64,000 bases of DNA from Guillardia theta CCMP2712 (taxonomy: Eukaryota > Protista > Cryptophyta), in contig NW_005434575.1 of NCBI RefSeq assembly GCF_000315625.1, positions 62,902 through 126,901 on the forward strand, read 5' to 3'. Position numbers and translations under genes: made by a program. Under the pieces are notes generated by a model. That model had not been told where the DNA came from. It saw only the letters and a program-made list of their open reading frames with translations, and ran no database searches. Below, piece after piece: positions 12,280-26,700 of this stretch (position 1 is the stretch's first letter; every line of letters begins with the position of its first letter).

Positions 12280-15200
12280 ATGATGATGTGCGGCAAGAGA
12301 CGCTCTCCTCATCACCTGTTGTTTGTGCTGTCGATCTTGTTTCTCTGCGAGATCAGATGTCAACCTCCCCATCAACTCTTGGGCGTCGAGCCAGACGCAC
12401 CGCCCTCCCTGCTAAAGAAAGCCTACAGGAAGAAGGTGAAGCATCTCCTCCTCCTCCACCCCCTCCTCCTCCTCCTCCTCCTCCTCCTCCTCCTCCTCCT
12501 CCTCCCCCTCCTCCTCCTCCTCCTCCTTTTCCTCCTCCTCCTCCTCCTCCTTTTCCTCCTCCTCCTCCTCCTCCTCTTCCTCCTCCTCCTCCTCCTCTTC
12601 CTCCTCCTCCTCGTTCTTCTTCTCCCTTCCTCATCTTCCATGTTTCCGCAGTGCCTCGAGCTTCATCCCGATAAGCATAAGTCACCGGAGAAGAAGGCCT
12701 GGGCGGCGGAGAAGTTCATTGCGCTGAGCAAGGCGTATGAGGCCCTCCTGTCCGACTCCCTCCGCCGGCAGAAAGCGCCGACGCGAGAGAAAGGAGATCA
12801 ACGTCACAGGGGGGGAAGACAGGAGGAGAGAGAAGCTCGGGCACGGAGAGAAAGAGAGGAGCGCCTGAAGCGAGAGCGATCGCGAAGAACTCGGTCTGGT
12901 CCTGCTCTGCTCCAGCTGTTGTGACTAACTCATCGCTTGCTCAGAGACGAGGCTCGGGACGACAGTTGGACGAGCCGGCAATCATCACAGTATCGGCAAG
13001 CAGAGCGAGAGAGAACGGAGAGAATGAGCCGCGAGAAGAAGGTGCGAGGGAGTCCAACAGCGTCTGCTTGCTCATGAGCTTGTGATTGCAGGAGCATCTG
13101 ATGCGAGAGCGATCAGAGCACATGCGAAGAGAGCAGGAGAAGCGCTCAAAACGAAGTGAAATGAACAACCGAGCCAGCCAGCGAGCAAGAGAGCAAGCAA
13201 GGGAGCGCGAGGCAAACTATGCATGGTATGACGTTGAAGCTGATACAGCGAGGTGAATGTTTGGAATCACCAGGAATGGAGAGCTTTACCACAGTGAAAG
13301 AGACAAGAAGACAGTGAAAGATCTCCTAGTGAACATGACAAACACTTCTTTGATCTCCTACACCATGACCGGTGAGTTCAGCCCCTTGATTTCGCCCTGT
13401 GATAGCTGCGAGCAGTTCAAAGATCCTTCGTGGGACTTGCTCACAACTCGACGCATCTCTTCGTGGTGGAAGTTGCGGACATCGAGCGGATTCGTTTCTC
13501 TTCGATGACAATTCCTCTCAAAGAGATGTCGTCAGTGATCTCAGGTGAACATGCTCGTCGCTCGACTTGTGTGCTCACCATCAAACTGAAGGCGAAGGAG
13601 GTCGATACCTCAAGATCAAGACAGGAGGCAGCAGCGAACAACTTTCATTCCTCAACATTGCCGTCCAAGACTACAACATTGAGGTGCCGCCCGTGCTGGG
13701 GCCCTCCTGCAGCATGTGACGGTCGTGCTCCCGCAGGAACTCTCGAGGTTCATGGCGAGCCTGGAGAAGCACAGCATGGCGTGTAGAGAATCGACTCCAG
13801 GGAGTGAGGATGGGAACCCTCAACAAGCGTCGCAGAAGCAGGCAGAGGAGCAGGAGCGGGAGTCTTCGGCGAGCAGAGAGCCAGGAGAGGAGAAAGAGGA
13901 AGAGCAGCCGACTCTTGCGTTGGTGGACGATGGAACGAGGTCGTTGAATTTCGTTTCATTTTGAGCTGAGACTGGCTCTTGCTGCGTCCTCGCAGTGCGT
14001 TGAGCGACGCCTATGTCCGACTCTCCTCCATCGACCAACTCGAAGTCAGTCTTGTCTTTTCCTCCCCTCCTCTCACTCACGAGGTACAAGATCCTGGCGC
14101 TGACCGAGTCGCACATCCTTCATGTCTGGCTGCCCCTGCCGGACGAGCAGGGCGGTAGAGCTCAGGTCTTCCGCGCTCCTCTCCCCTACATCAAGAACGT
14201 CAGGAGGTGGCGCGACGAGAAGCGTCAGAGGCTCGACACTGACTCGCCCCCAGCACGTCGACAGGAGGACTGCTCGTGGAGATCCGAGGGGACTGGGAGC
14301 CGATCGAGCTGGAGGCCGTTCGCTATCCCATCGCGGAGGTGACGCTGAGGGGGAGAGGCGATGAGGATGACGAGGAAGGCAGCTCCGAGAGTTCTTCGAG
14401 TCCCTTCACCTCGCAGTTGAGAACTCAAGAAGTGCGATGAGTGGAGGATGCGATGAGAACCATCATGACACGTTGGCAGACTCGAGGAAGAAGTTGCCGT
14501 ACGTGGGAGATGTTCCTCGACCGCAACAACCCACTCTCCCTGTCGAGAACTTTGACAGTTCACCTGAAGCTGGACGGCGCGATGTTCCTTCTCAGAATGA
14601 GATGAAGAGCGAGGACAGTGGCGATGGTGACAGTAAGGAAGATGTCAGCAACGAGAGGTCAAACTCGGAAAGTTCGGTTCCTCCGGAGGAGATCATGAAT
14701 CAAACGACATCAGAGGAGAAGACGGAAGAAGAGAGTCGTGAAGTCCTCGGGAACGAGACTGAGGAATGCAAGTTTGAGGATGAGACGGGCATGGCTGATG
14801 AGGAGGTGATGTCTTTCAGTTCAAAGGATGGATCAACTCAGGTACAGCGTCCAATGTCAACCTCCTTCTCTCATGCTGCCTCCTGCAGGTAGTCCTCAGC
14901 TCCTGGCACTTGAAGGCTGTCAAGGTACGAGTGATCTGCTGTCTGCTGCTCTCGGATGTTCAGAATATCATCAGGATGGACGAAGGTCGACGATAAGAGG
15001 AAGGCTGGAGGAAGCAAGGGTGAGTGAGTTGTCAAGTTTTGGAGCTTCCCTCCCCCCCCCTCCCTCCCCCCCTCGTCTTCTTCCTTATCTCTCTCTTCCC
15101 TCCCAGGTGACTCGCAACTTCGAGGGAGACTTGTGGATCGAATTCCAGGTGCTACCTGCCTGTCCCCACCACATTCGTCCTTTGTTCTGAAACTTCGATG

Positions 15201-15724
15201 CCTCGTAGGAATCTCCTACTATTCATTTCAACTTTCTCTCGTTCAATTCCGCCGATCTGTCGAAACTTTTCGAACTCCTGTACCTCAAGTGCGTCTCATC
15301 GGGACGATCGCCGACCTTCACCTCCCGCCACGTCACCTTCACCATCGGCAACGATCGGGGGGTCGACGCAGAGGAGGCCAGACATCACGAGGATTCGCAG
15401 CAGTTTGCGGCTGGTCAGGACGAGCTGGGCAGTGAGGGCGGCGAGCAGGCTGACGAGGTCGGGTCGCTGAACTGGAGGCTGCACATCCTGGAGTCCGAGC
15501 TCAACATCGGATCAGGTGCGGCACCTCTTGCTCCCTTGTCGGACCTCACCCACTGCTTGTTGACTGCAGAGGATGGGGAGGACGAGCTTGTAGCTCCGCA
15601 CTCAGATGGGGAGGGGATGGAACCAGCAGGGCATGCCAACCACTCAGCCTCCGAGGCTCAGTCCCGGCACTCGGATGAGCAAGCTGGCGGCGACTCGGAA
15701 GTTCCTCCTCCTCCTCCTGTATGA
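12280..15724 (+). CDS. DnaJ (J-domain) protein with signal peptide, multi-exon
   Basis: HLLFVLSILFLCEIRCQ signal; PHQLLGVEPDAPPSLLKKAYRKK|CLELHPDKH...AEKFIALSKAYEAL contains HPD; downstream exons are acidic, and their linkage and the 3' end are inferred. Confidence 0.7.
12444..12612. repeat. (CCT)n microsatellite in the intron splitting the J-domain
   Basis: Lies between AAG|gtgaag (12436) and ccgcag|TGC (~12651). Confidence 0.92.
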
Positions 15725-15838
15725 CTCAGTGACTGTACGGGCATGCCTCAGTGCCGTCGAGGCAGCCCGGGCCCGGGTTGACGGGAGTCGGGATTGGCTG
15801 CTGAGTCGTTCGAGGCGGCCCAGCCGGGCACTGCAACT

Positions 15839-16166
15839 TTAATTCTTTCCTCGACCTAACGGGGGATCAGCATTAGAGCGGAAGGAGGCCTTCATTACTG
15901 TCATGAGCTCGTTCTTGAACTCTAATTTCGTCTCCTCGTCTTCGCTCTGGGTCGACAGGATGCTGACAAGTTCGTTCCTGTCCGAGTAATAGCTCATCAG
16001 CTCGCTGCCGTGCTGTCTTATTCTCATATTTGATTTGAGCAACTTCCCTGAAGCCAGGGAAGTTGCACGCTGCAGCTGCAGACCCCGAAGCCGCGTCGGA
16101 GAATCTCCTTGCCTGGCGGAGATGCCGAGGCTGTGCGAGGATGCTGGAAGTTGAGAGCGAGATCAT
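15839..16166 (-). CDS. Small hypothetical protein (probably spliced)
   Basis: Helical, charged ORF (YYSDRNELVSILSTQSEDEETKLEFKNELMTVMK); no family recognised. Confidence 0.35.
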
Positions 16167-16971
16167 GGCGTGTTCGTATGTTCTACGAAGAGGAAGCAGG
16201 CAGGGGTGGAGAAGGACGATGGCAGCAGAGCCGTGGGTAGCATGTCATGGCAGAGGGTCGTTGAAGTTGAAGGGCGTCTCACACGAGACGCCCTTCAATC
16301 GTGCCATGGGATATTAGAAGTCACCTTCACCACCCCTCATGTTCGATTATATGGGACCCCACCTCACTTGAATCCACCGCCCTCCTGTGCGAACTAGGAA
16401 TCGTCCGACTCGAAGCGGAAGGAGGGAGGGGAAAGCGACGGGACGGAGACGCTGACGGGAGGGAGAGGACGAGAGGTGGAAGGTAACCGAACGGAGTCCA
16501 CCATGGAGGTTGCAGGACAGGTAGAACGTCGCAGCAGAGACAGAGAGTGATAATGGAGAAAACCTCGTGAGAGAAAGTCAGGATGAGCGACTGTGACACT
16601 GGAACACCTTGATAGGCGACATCTGGGCTTGAGACGTCTGATTGAAAAGGAGAAGAGGGAGAGGAAGGGACGAGCCCTTTGACGAGAAGAAAGATGTTGC
16701 TAGCATCATGAATCACCAGATGAAGTTTGACATAGGCATGAGATGTACCAGGTTTGTTCAAGCTGAATTCCTCAGCATGAGCGTGCTGTAATGCAGCAAA
16801 GGCACGGAAGTACATCACGTTGACAAGAATCATTCGTCTTCGTGCAAGAGTAAGACTAAGGAGGAAGATAGATGGTGGGACCAAGGAGACGAAAGAGCTG
16901 CGAAATATCACTATCCTCCTGCATACTCACGACTATCTTTGTAGATTGAAAATTGAGATCAAACTTGACGG

Positions 16972-17551
16972 ATGACAGATCTCGCATCGATTCTTGCTCG
17001 TCGACGAGCAGCAACAGATGAGAGTGACGAGTCTACATGGGATGAGCAGGCCCTTCTTTCGAGAGCAAGTGCCAGCAGAACGACGAAGGAATCGAAGCCT
17101 GAGTCAAGCTCGGTCAAAGAGAAGCTATCTCTCTTCAACAATAGCAGCAGCAGCGGCAGTTCAGAATCACCAGGAGGTAAGATCAGGACACGCAAACTTG
17201 TCAGTTGATTTCTCGTGCAGGCAGTCAGACGCATGAAGGAGGCAAGGGCTGCCCAACGGATTTGTCACGCCTGCCCAGAGAAGGTTGAAGGTGGACAGCT
17301 CGATCGTCAGCAATGAGCTCTTGGACATTCCTGATATCGATAGCCATGGTCGTGGAAGATCACTGAGAAATGCTGAAGGCATGCAGAAGGTGACGGGAGA
17401 ATGCTTGATGCTGATGATGAAGAGGACGATGAGGATGAGGAAGAAAAAGTGCAAGAGCAGACGATCATGATGAAGAAAACAATGATTTAAAGGATAACAA
17501 TAGAGTTAATGATGAATTTGACGATGACGATGACGGTGACGACGACCATGC

Positions 17552-17613
<62 letters not shown>

Positions 17614-17670
17614 TTGATTGTCATGATGATGATGATGATGATGATTGTCATGATGATGATGATGATTGTC

Positions 17671-17715
<45 letters not shown>

Positions 17716-17772
17716 TTGATTGTCATGATGATGATGATGATGATGATTGTCATGATGATGATGATGATTGTC

Positions 17773-17806
<34 letters not shown>

Positions 17807-18052
17807 CATTGTGGCTGCTTCGGCTGGTGATGGCGTTGTTGGTGGCTCAAGTGTGGCAGGTGATGGAGGCAAGGCGAGCGCACATTGAGCAGATGGAAGC
17901 TGTCTTCAAAGACAAGAAAGGTTTCGACGTCGAAGAAGCCGCCGACATAGCGCTGGCAAAGGGATCACACTTGGTGAGCTTCCTCAGTCTTGTCTGACTG
18001 AGTCACTGAGAGATTTCAGGTGAGAGAGATCGAGAGAAAGGGATTGTGATAG
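16972..18052 (+). CDS. Hypothetical protein, multi-exon
   Basis: MTDLASILARRRAATDESD...; intron 17390-17859 joins MQK|VMEARRAHIEQME in frame. Confidence 0.55.
17515..17806. repeat. Compound (ATG/GAT)n microsatellite with periodic TTGTC interruptions, intronic
   Basis: gatgat runs interrupted by gattgtcat in a twice-repeated pattern. Confidence 0.93.
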
Positions 18053-18212
18053 TTGAGATCTGCTCCTCTTACAACAGTATCGACTTATGTGGAATCAGCA
18101 GCAATGATATCCTGTTCACGTAATCGTGTATGTTCCATGTGAATTTTGAAATGAAAGATTGTTTTTTATGCATCATTGGGCTCGACATAAGTTGTTGACT
18201 TCAGCAAGTGCT

Positions 18213-21200
18213 TCATTGATCAAGAAAGTACATATCAGACTGCCAAGGGCTCGGATTTCTGCTGATTCCTGCAGAACGAAACTGTTGAACGTTTTGTGAT
18301 GACATGCTCGTGAGATCCCACGGGTAGTCCATGTACTTTATGACGTCGGTTGAGCTCGGTCTCTCCCTCTTCTTTGCTGACTGGTCCATCTTCTTTCTCA
18401 CCAGCTCTCTTGAATGCTTCAGGGTCTCATACGCCTCTTTCTGCCTCTCAACGCTTCTCCTCCTCTGTAGCAAGATATCTACTCGTTGACGGCCTGCAAA
18501 CAAGTTACATCATGCCTGTTGGATCGTTCTCGGGACGAGCGACTCACTCTTCTCCTTCTGGAGCTCCGTAGACTGTCTTGACGGAGACCTCTCTCCCTCC
18601 TGCACACTCTCTGTTGTGTTGATGGTCGGCAACTGACCGATGGCTCTTATCGCGTTCGTCAAGTTCAGTGACAGGTTTCTGCTGATCCGGCTCCTTGACT
18701 TGGAGGCTGCAGGAATAGTTGGGGGTTGGCTGTTGATGCTCTTCATGACCTCTGCGCGTTCTCGTTGCACCTTGCGGTCATGCTTGCATTTTTCAAGGTA
18801 AGAACTGAGACGACATTTCAGTCAAGAAAGACTGGAGGATAACATCACCTTCTATACTCGCTCGCCGTCTCCATGACGTTCTGATGCACTTGTTTGCTGG
18901 TCTTGATTCTGTTTCTCACCTGCTGAAGCTCAACCTCCTTGAGGCTGACCACAACTGACGCCTCGAGCTTGCTCAGGTTGAACAGCTCCAGGTTGGAAGA
19001 GAAGATTCGAGACTGGGACGAGAAGATTCGAGACTGAGAAGAGGGATGGAACTTCATATCCGGCCTGCTGCGAATCAGCTTCTCTTCCTGCAGCTTGCCT
19101 GCAACAATCTTGTCCAACTTTGAAGAGATCACTAACGACTGCTTTGCCCTCTTCATGTCGCCCTTCAAGCTGCCACGTGTCATATCTAACGCTGTCATTC
19201 CCGTCAAGCCCATTTCTTCCCTCGCTATGCGAGGAGCAAGAGAGGGAGGGGGAGGAGAGACTTGCCCTTTCCTCACTCGCTGGCTTTCTACTGCTTTTTC
19301 TAACTCAACAAACTTCCTTCTACTCACAACACGATCGATCTTCCAAACATCACGAACATTCCTCAGCCTGTGACATCTCGCTCTGCTCAAGTGACCTCTA
19401 TACACAGACTGAATGAGAGCAGCCATAAGATGCTGCTGGCAATCTGTCGCTTTCATCAACGTTATCGGATCTCTTTTCTGCGCAGACCAAGTCTTGATGA
19501 AAAGAAGAGTAGTTCTGATCCGAGCTTGGTTGTTCGATTTGAAGTGAAACTTCAAAACAGGAATTGAACCAAACAACCTTCGATTCGGAAACCGTAAGGC
19601 ATGATCTTCTTCATCTTTCAAGCTCTCAGCTTCTGCTATGTCGATCTGGGTCCCTTGCGTCAGCAGACTCTTTAGACTTGCTTCATGTGGCAACCAGGAT
19701 ATTAGTCTGACTTGTAGACCCACCCAAGAGGGAAGAACTCTTCGACCATCTGACGAGGCGAGCTCTGGTTGTAAGACCTGAACATCTTCGTTCTCATCAA
19801 AAACAAATGAAATCTTTGATTCCGGAAGAAAGGAGACGCTTCTGTCATGAGACAACAACTTTGGCTTCAAGTTGTTTGAAATGCAATACAACGTAGTCGA
19901 AGTCCCGTTGTCTGTCAGAGCTTTTGCCAGACAAGCCAGAGCTTCAGTACGCAGACGAGTACAGGTCCATCTCCACCAGTGTTGAATGGATCTCGTGCTT
20001 CGAAGAAGAAGGACGGCTTTCTTCAAGCTTCTCTTCTTTGAGCGATACTCTAGCCATCTTCTCGCTGTCGCTTGAACGCAACAAGCAGCATGGACTCTCA
20101 ACACACTTTCACCGAGAAGAAAGTGGACTGAACCAATCGATGATAGACTTGAGCTGTTGATGGTCCTGTTGAGATAAGTGACATAGTTGATGAAATGATT
20201 CCTGGACGCCTCATCTTTGAACTTCAGGACGACCAAGAAGCGATGAGAGATGTGTTGAGAACGAGAGCTTGGCAATACATCAAAGTGATGATGTTCGAAA
20301 TGTTGAAGGAAAATGGTTCTTGTTTTGGTGTCAACATGCGTCAGTCTTCCCAAGCGGAATCGTCTCACTGGAAATCGCGCAAGGTGACTCGCCTCTTGCA
20401 GAGTTCTTGCTCTTCGACGCATTCTCAGCACAGCTCGAAACAACTCATTTCCTCCGCCACGTCGTTCACGTTGGAAGCTGAAAATGTTGGACAAGTACAA
20501 GATGGGTGAATCAGAGGAGCTCTGCATGCTTCCCCATTTGGCCGCTAACTGCTCAATCACATCAGCATACTTGGGATGAAAGAAAATGGTCAGGTTTGAG
20601 CTTCGGAGCAACAAGTCATCATCAGACAGGGGCAACTTTGCAAGCTTCTTGGCGATGTTCTGGTCATCCATTATCCCTCCGGAGAGCAAGCTGTGCACAA
20701 GACGCCGCAAGTAAGCAGACAAGAGCCATCGTTGAAGAGTGATGGTGGGCATGAGATAGTGACTGTACAGCATTCTGAATTTCGTCCTTGCTGAATGCCC
20801 CATGGCAACTCGACTGATGATATTGTAAGGCGTCGAGTTGGAGTATATGCGATGGACTTGAGACAGAATGTCTTGAAAGTGTTCGAAGTCGTGAATGTTT
20901 CTACTTGGGTCCCTGAAAATTTCAAACAGATGATCGACTTTCCTTTGCAATCGAGATTTGAACCTTCTTCTCAAGAATGTCCTGAGCACTTTCTTTGAAT
21001 TGACTGGTGCCAAATGCAAGTCATGTTTCTTGAAGTGATCTGCTCTGACATGGTTGTCGACTAGCAGGAGAGACGGAAAACGATTGAAACATTCCAGCGG
21101 GTCCACCTTCCCTTCTTCTATGGGATTTCCAAACATGGTGAGCACTCGCATAAGTTTTGCTCTCTCAAAACTTTGGACATCTGGTAACTTTCTTACAAGG

Positions 21201-21792
21201 TTGTTGTGCAAGAATAAAACGCTTAATCTCGGGAAAAACAAGTCGCTGTGATGACCAGCACTAAATTGCACCATATTCGAGCTAAGGTCAAGAAGCCTCA
21301 GATTTGGCAAGGAAGCCAGAGGCTCTATGAAATGAATTTTGTTGTCAGACAGGAAGGCCATTGTGAGGTTGGAGAAAGCTAGAAAACTTTCGCAGCTCTG
21401 CAGCATAGCACCGCAAATGCGAACGCAAGAGGGCATGTCTTCAGCCTCTTCCTGCACATGGCTTCTTTTCGGATGAGGGATGCTCTCGTGTCTCCCTCCT
21501 TCATCGTGCGAGGACTCTCTGGTCCTTGCCGATGAGTCCAAGACCTGGGAAGTTTCGCCCATGTCAACCTTCAACCTTTCATTGTGCAAAATATCATCGC
21601 ACAGCCGCTTGTCATGCTCAAGTCGAGCACACAACCTGTCTTCTTGTCTTGCTTCGATTTGTCGGCATTGGTACCAGTTATGCGTTGTGGAGCTGACGTT
21701 TCCACCGTCCGTGAGCCGCTGCCTGTCCTAAAAAGATGAAGCAACTTGCATCAGGCTTGCTCACTTCGTCTACTCTCACAAAACCTCTGCAT
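18213..21792 (-). CDS. Leucine-rich repeat and IQ-motif protein (LRRIQ3-like, possibly ciliary)
   Basis: LRRs LTMAFLSDNKI, LRLLDLSSNMV, LSVLFLHNNLV and cap LTMFGNPI; IQ motifs IQSVYRGHLSR, VQATARRWL, IQHWWRW; start approximate. Confidence 0.75.
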
Positions 21793-22362
21793 GCTTCTCT
21801 CAGCCGCCTCTGTTGCCTCGGGCTTGCCTGGTCATGCTAGGGGCCCACCAACACCAGGAAGCAGTATTCCGTTGTTACTAGCAGTTGTCAGATCAGACCC
21901 CCTGGCCCTTGGACCCTCCAAACCACCCCCTACCACCCCAGGGCTTACCACCCAAGGCCTGGTAGTGTCGGGCAATCACTCGGAACTCTTAGAGGGATCA
22001 GCAGGAAGGGACGGGGAGGCGCTTTAATATCATCAGGCCGCTGATGAGGGATGATACGCTATACCGTCACAGTTAGTTTGGATTCAAGTCGTCGTCTGAC
22101 TTGTGCTCCCTCAAAGTCAAGTAACCTCAAAGTTTCAGTGCCTGATAGTTGCATGACATGCGAGGGTCAGGGTGGACGGACACACAGAAGCCGGAGGGTC
22201 AGAAAGAAACATCTTCATCTTCGCAGCAATGCTGACTCCTCTTCGCACAGAGCACAAACAGGACTCGGCATATCCAACACAACCGAGAAATGGATTCTTG
22301 AGTTCAGATGAATCGATTCGAATGTTTAGGGCTATTGAACTAGTCTAGCACTGAAATAAATT

Positions 22363-23709
22363 CTACGCCTGCCCTTGCGACGCAACTGCTTGATTCCACA
22401 TCGTCGCCTCGTCACGTTTTTGGTCAGTTTGTGACATATGGAACTTCTGAATCGCAACGATCAGACGGGACTCCTCAAGTTTGGCAAACAGTTTCTGATT
22501 GTGCAAAGGCAGGGACAACTCATGCGCTTCGCCGAAAGGAATCTCAGACAAATTGACTTGTGCTGATCCGATGAGATCATCGCTGGTCACCTGCACCATC
22601 AAATCAAATCTCAGGTCATCCTTGGGGGGAAGCGAAGCTAAGTTACAAGAATAGCAAATTCTTACTTCATCTTTGTCCCACAGAGTCATGCTTAGAACTT
22701 TTGTTTGAGAAGTCATTGTCCATTCAAATACTTCGTCCCACTCCGGATTCACATTCTTGCGCGAAACCTCAGATGCAAAAGTCGACAAACCGATGCATGA
22801 GTTTACAAACAGCATGCAGTAGGGGTCGCAGCCTGTGATCATATCCATTCGAGGAAGTTTGGTTGCTCTGAGGAGTCTGACTTGAAGTATCCCAACTTCT
22901 TTCGCTTGTTTGTCAGTTTTCCATTCTTTAGCCGTTGGCGAACTGATCTCTTGGGCGGCTTGGTTGTTGCCCATACCATTCGTTCGTTCCAAAATCTCCT
23001 TCTGAATATTAAGAATTCTGTTCTGGCTCAGCTGCATCGCGATCTGCCTTCGGATGCTTTGCATCTCGTACAGCTCCATCTTCTCTTGCCGACGGCGATC
23101 TGCTATCTGGCTGGGATCAGTCCCGTATCGATTCATCAAGTCAACGGAAGCAAGTATCTCTTCTTCTGATAGCATCGTGCTGTCTTCGCCTCCTTCCTCT
23201 ACGTCTTGCCCCTCCTCAATTCTTGCAAGACCCTCAGATTGGAGAGTTTTTCTCACCAGCAGACCGACATCATAGCTGTCGATTGATATCCCACCAGACA
23301 GCAAGATCAGTTTCTCCTTTGCTAGATCTCTCTCGATGGATCGCCGTCGGCTCTCCCTTGTTCGCATCTTCTCTCGATCTTTGGCCAGAGCTTCTTCCAA
23401 CCTCTGATCCGACACGAAGTTCTTCATCATCAAGACCTTTCTGGCCCCATGCCACAGGACCTGCATCAACTCGCCAATCAACCCTGTGGTGCCTTCCGTC
23501 TCTTCTTTGACTTTCGCATACGCATCGACGAGGATAGCCAGGAAGATGTTGAGAAGAATAAAGAATGCGATGAACAAGTAAGACCAAAGAAAGATATGAA
23601 AGGCACCATCCGAAGCAGCATGTGACATCTGGCATCAAAGTCAGCCAAACTTCTCAAGATGGTATCATACTGATAGAAAAGAGTGACAGAGAGACAGAGA
23701 GAGAGACAA

Positions 23710-23741
<32 letters not shown>

Positions 23742-26700
23742 ACAAAGAGAGAGAGAGATAGAGACTGAGACTGAGAGAGAGAGAGATAGAGACTGAGACT
23801 GAGAGAGAGAGACAAAGAGAGGGAGAGAGGGAGAGAGGGAGAGAGAGTGAGAGTGAGAGACAGACAGAGAGAGAGAGATCAGAGGTGGAGGAAAAGGAGG
23901 AGGAGAAGGGTTTTGGGATGAATGGGATGACATTCATCACGTACAGGAGCGTAGAATTGCGTTGTGTCCAGACTGAGCAAGAAAATAAGAAGAGTGAGGA
24001 TTGAAGTACTGAGATCTTTCATTCCCTGGGTTTCAACGATTCAATGTCATCCTATCAAGTGCAAGTTTTCACCTCATATTGATGACCAAACAACATGTTA
24101 CCAACGACTGCATACCCGAACAGAACGATTCCGAAAAGGAGGATGAAGTGCCAGAGATCTCCGGCAGCTCTCGCTATCGTCCTGGTGACTAGACCCATCC
24201 GCTCTTGGAAGTCAAGACCCTTGAGCATCCGAAAGACAAACAAGACGATACTCACGCCAGCGAAGAAGGAGTACACACTCATAGAGTCTGATATCTGCTT
24301 TCCTTGCTTCACCAGCTGAAGAAATTCTGCCTCTACTTGATTGTTCGTTCGAAAATGTCTGGCCTGTGCGGTTGCCGATTTCACCAAGGGAAGCTCAAAA
24401 CTTGTTCCTATTTGGACCCCTGAGATTTCTGCCCTCCGAGGATATTCATACTGCGGGCCATAGTAAAGGATAGGGTAATTTGTCTTCATGCGGAAATTTC
24501 GACAATCCTGATAATGAATAATGCACGTGATTACTGTTCCCCACATGAAGAGCAAGTGAGTCCAATCGACCCAATTGAAGGGATGAGACAGGTATGTCGT
24601 TAGGTTGTACTGACGTATCTCACCAATCAGGTCTGCAGCTTCAAAGAAGCAGTTAATGACAAGAATGATAACAATTACTGTAAACAAAAAGATCTGAAGC
24701 GCTCCCAAGGAGGAGTTTGCAAAGAAATCTACAGAAAAAGAGTTCACTTTGTCATTCCAAGGTATCCGTCCAGTCTCAAGCCATTGGAAGGTGAATTCAT
24801 AGATCGCAAAAATATTTTTCGGAGCGTTGTACGTCAAAAATTCGACCCGAACTTCAGCCGTCTTGGAATCGATAAAAGAACCATCCTGCATGAACCGAAT
24901 CATGGTCTGAGCCAGTTTCTGTGTCAGTCGCTCGTCGAAGAATAGCTTGAAGGTGTCCGCTTCTGAGGGGATGATGACCTTGGCGTCTTTTAATGCTGCA
25001 GTGAAGTCGCTGATCGTCTTAGCTGCTTCTTCTTCCGATATAAAACCATCGTTGTCCTTGTCGAAATAGTTTGAATCGTATTTGTGCGGAAAAAAACCGA
25101 TGGGGAAGGATAGCTTCGATGATCCAGTTTGCGAATATATCACATGTCGTTCAGAAGGAGCATAGAATTTTTCTGGTGGGATTCTGGGGTTGTAATATGG
25201 GCTGAAGGACATGAAAGAAGGATCATATCCAAAGGGTGTGGGATCGAACTCTTGCGAGGGGCAATTGAGAATACCTTTGAGAGCATTCAAGTAGTCTTTG
25301 ATGAATTCATTGTTGCTGGAAGAGCATTCCTTGGACTTCATTCTGCTTTGTGATACCACGATGGCCCCGATGATCCGGTTGTAGGGAGTGATCTCGCGAT
25401 TCTTTGGCTTGAAAGAAGGAACAACTTGCGGAGGTCCATCACTTTTACTCCTGTAGCGCCACAGCTCAAAGCTGTAGTCGCTCGGACACTGAGCTCCAAC
25501 AACGAGTTTTGGTGCATCCAAGCATTGCGGAAATCCGCCGGAAGTTGGACACTTGATGACGGGGCATCTGTCACCAATGGCGTCCAACTTGTCCACCTTG
25601 CAAAAGCTGCAAAGTTTGCAGGTTCCCAACATGTCAGGCTGAGGAGGTTTTGAGCAGAACAAATTGACATCGCAATCGAAGTGCGAGAGACAAGTCTGAT
25701 CTGCGCGCAAGGAATCGTCATGTCTATACGTAGCATGCAATGAACTCACCTCTTGTTCTTTTCGTGATCTGAGTATCGACGCTGATCACCCATTGAGCAT
25801 CTGGTACTGCGGGAGGACATTGTTGCGAGGAGCTAGACTTGATACTATCTCGGGAATCCAACAGAAGGTTGACGAGTGCTGACGACTTGACTGTAGAGCC
25901 AACAATGACCCCAGCTGTCGCCTTCCACGAACCCTTTGGTTCTATTGCTGGAACGATGTTGGTAGAAACTATTTGCTGCGCATAGGAAATCGAAGAGTTG
26001 AGGAATTGTTGAACAACACTCCTCCATTCCTGCGTTGAATTTTTCCCATTGCAAGAATCGGATCCGATTGGAAGCGAGAAAGTGATTTTCGGTGCCGGCA
26101 TAAAAATGTTTGAGTAGCTGTCATAGTTGGGACTAGGAAGAGTGATATCTTGATACCTAAAGCATGCCGTCAAGCGAAGATACATCTGAGCCACATTCCT
26201 GTTCGTTCCCAAGTAAAACAATAAGACGGACCCGTTGGTCACCAGGTTGGGACGTGATGCCTCGCTTGACCAGTCAGAGCAATCACAAACAGGATATTCG
26301 TTTAGTGTTGCAGTGAAAGCGTACCGCATATACGTTACCCCTGTTTTGCTGTAGATCTGCGTAGCAATGTATGATACTAGTTGCTGATCATAACCAGCTG
26401 GCTTCATGGTTGCTTCTTCCAAAATTTTGACAGTGGGAGTAGGAGGAGCTGAAGGAAAATATGGACATGTTGCTTCAGTTCCCCAACTGATACAAAATCC
26501 CACATAAGCCAAGTTGCTTTCAGAGGATAAATAGATTTCTACAGTACTTGCCGATGATGATGTTGTGAATGATTGGGATTCAATCAATCCGCAAATTGGA
26601 CCCAAAGTATTACCCCCGGTACAAGTTTTATCTTCGCAATCAAGAATTTGGACCTTGTCTCGATCGCATTGGTTGGTTTGACCGTTCTTGGTTCCAACAT

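Noticed and set aside
12192-12685. Poly-Pro, poly-Gly and poly-Arg ORFs
   Set aside because: (CCT)n intron; splicing it out restores a continuous J-domain
17487-17997. Poly-His, poly-Met and poly-Ile proteins
   Set aside because: Translations of a microsatellite inside an intron whose removal joins the flanking exons in frame
18996-19040. 21-bp tandem duplication (SSQSRIF twice) in the LRR/IQ gene
   Set aside because: In-frame local slippage of little apparent significance
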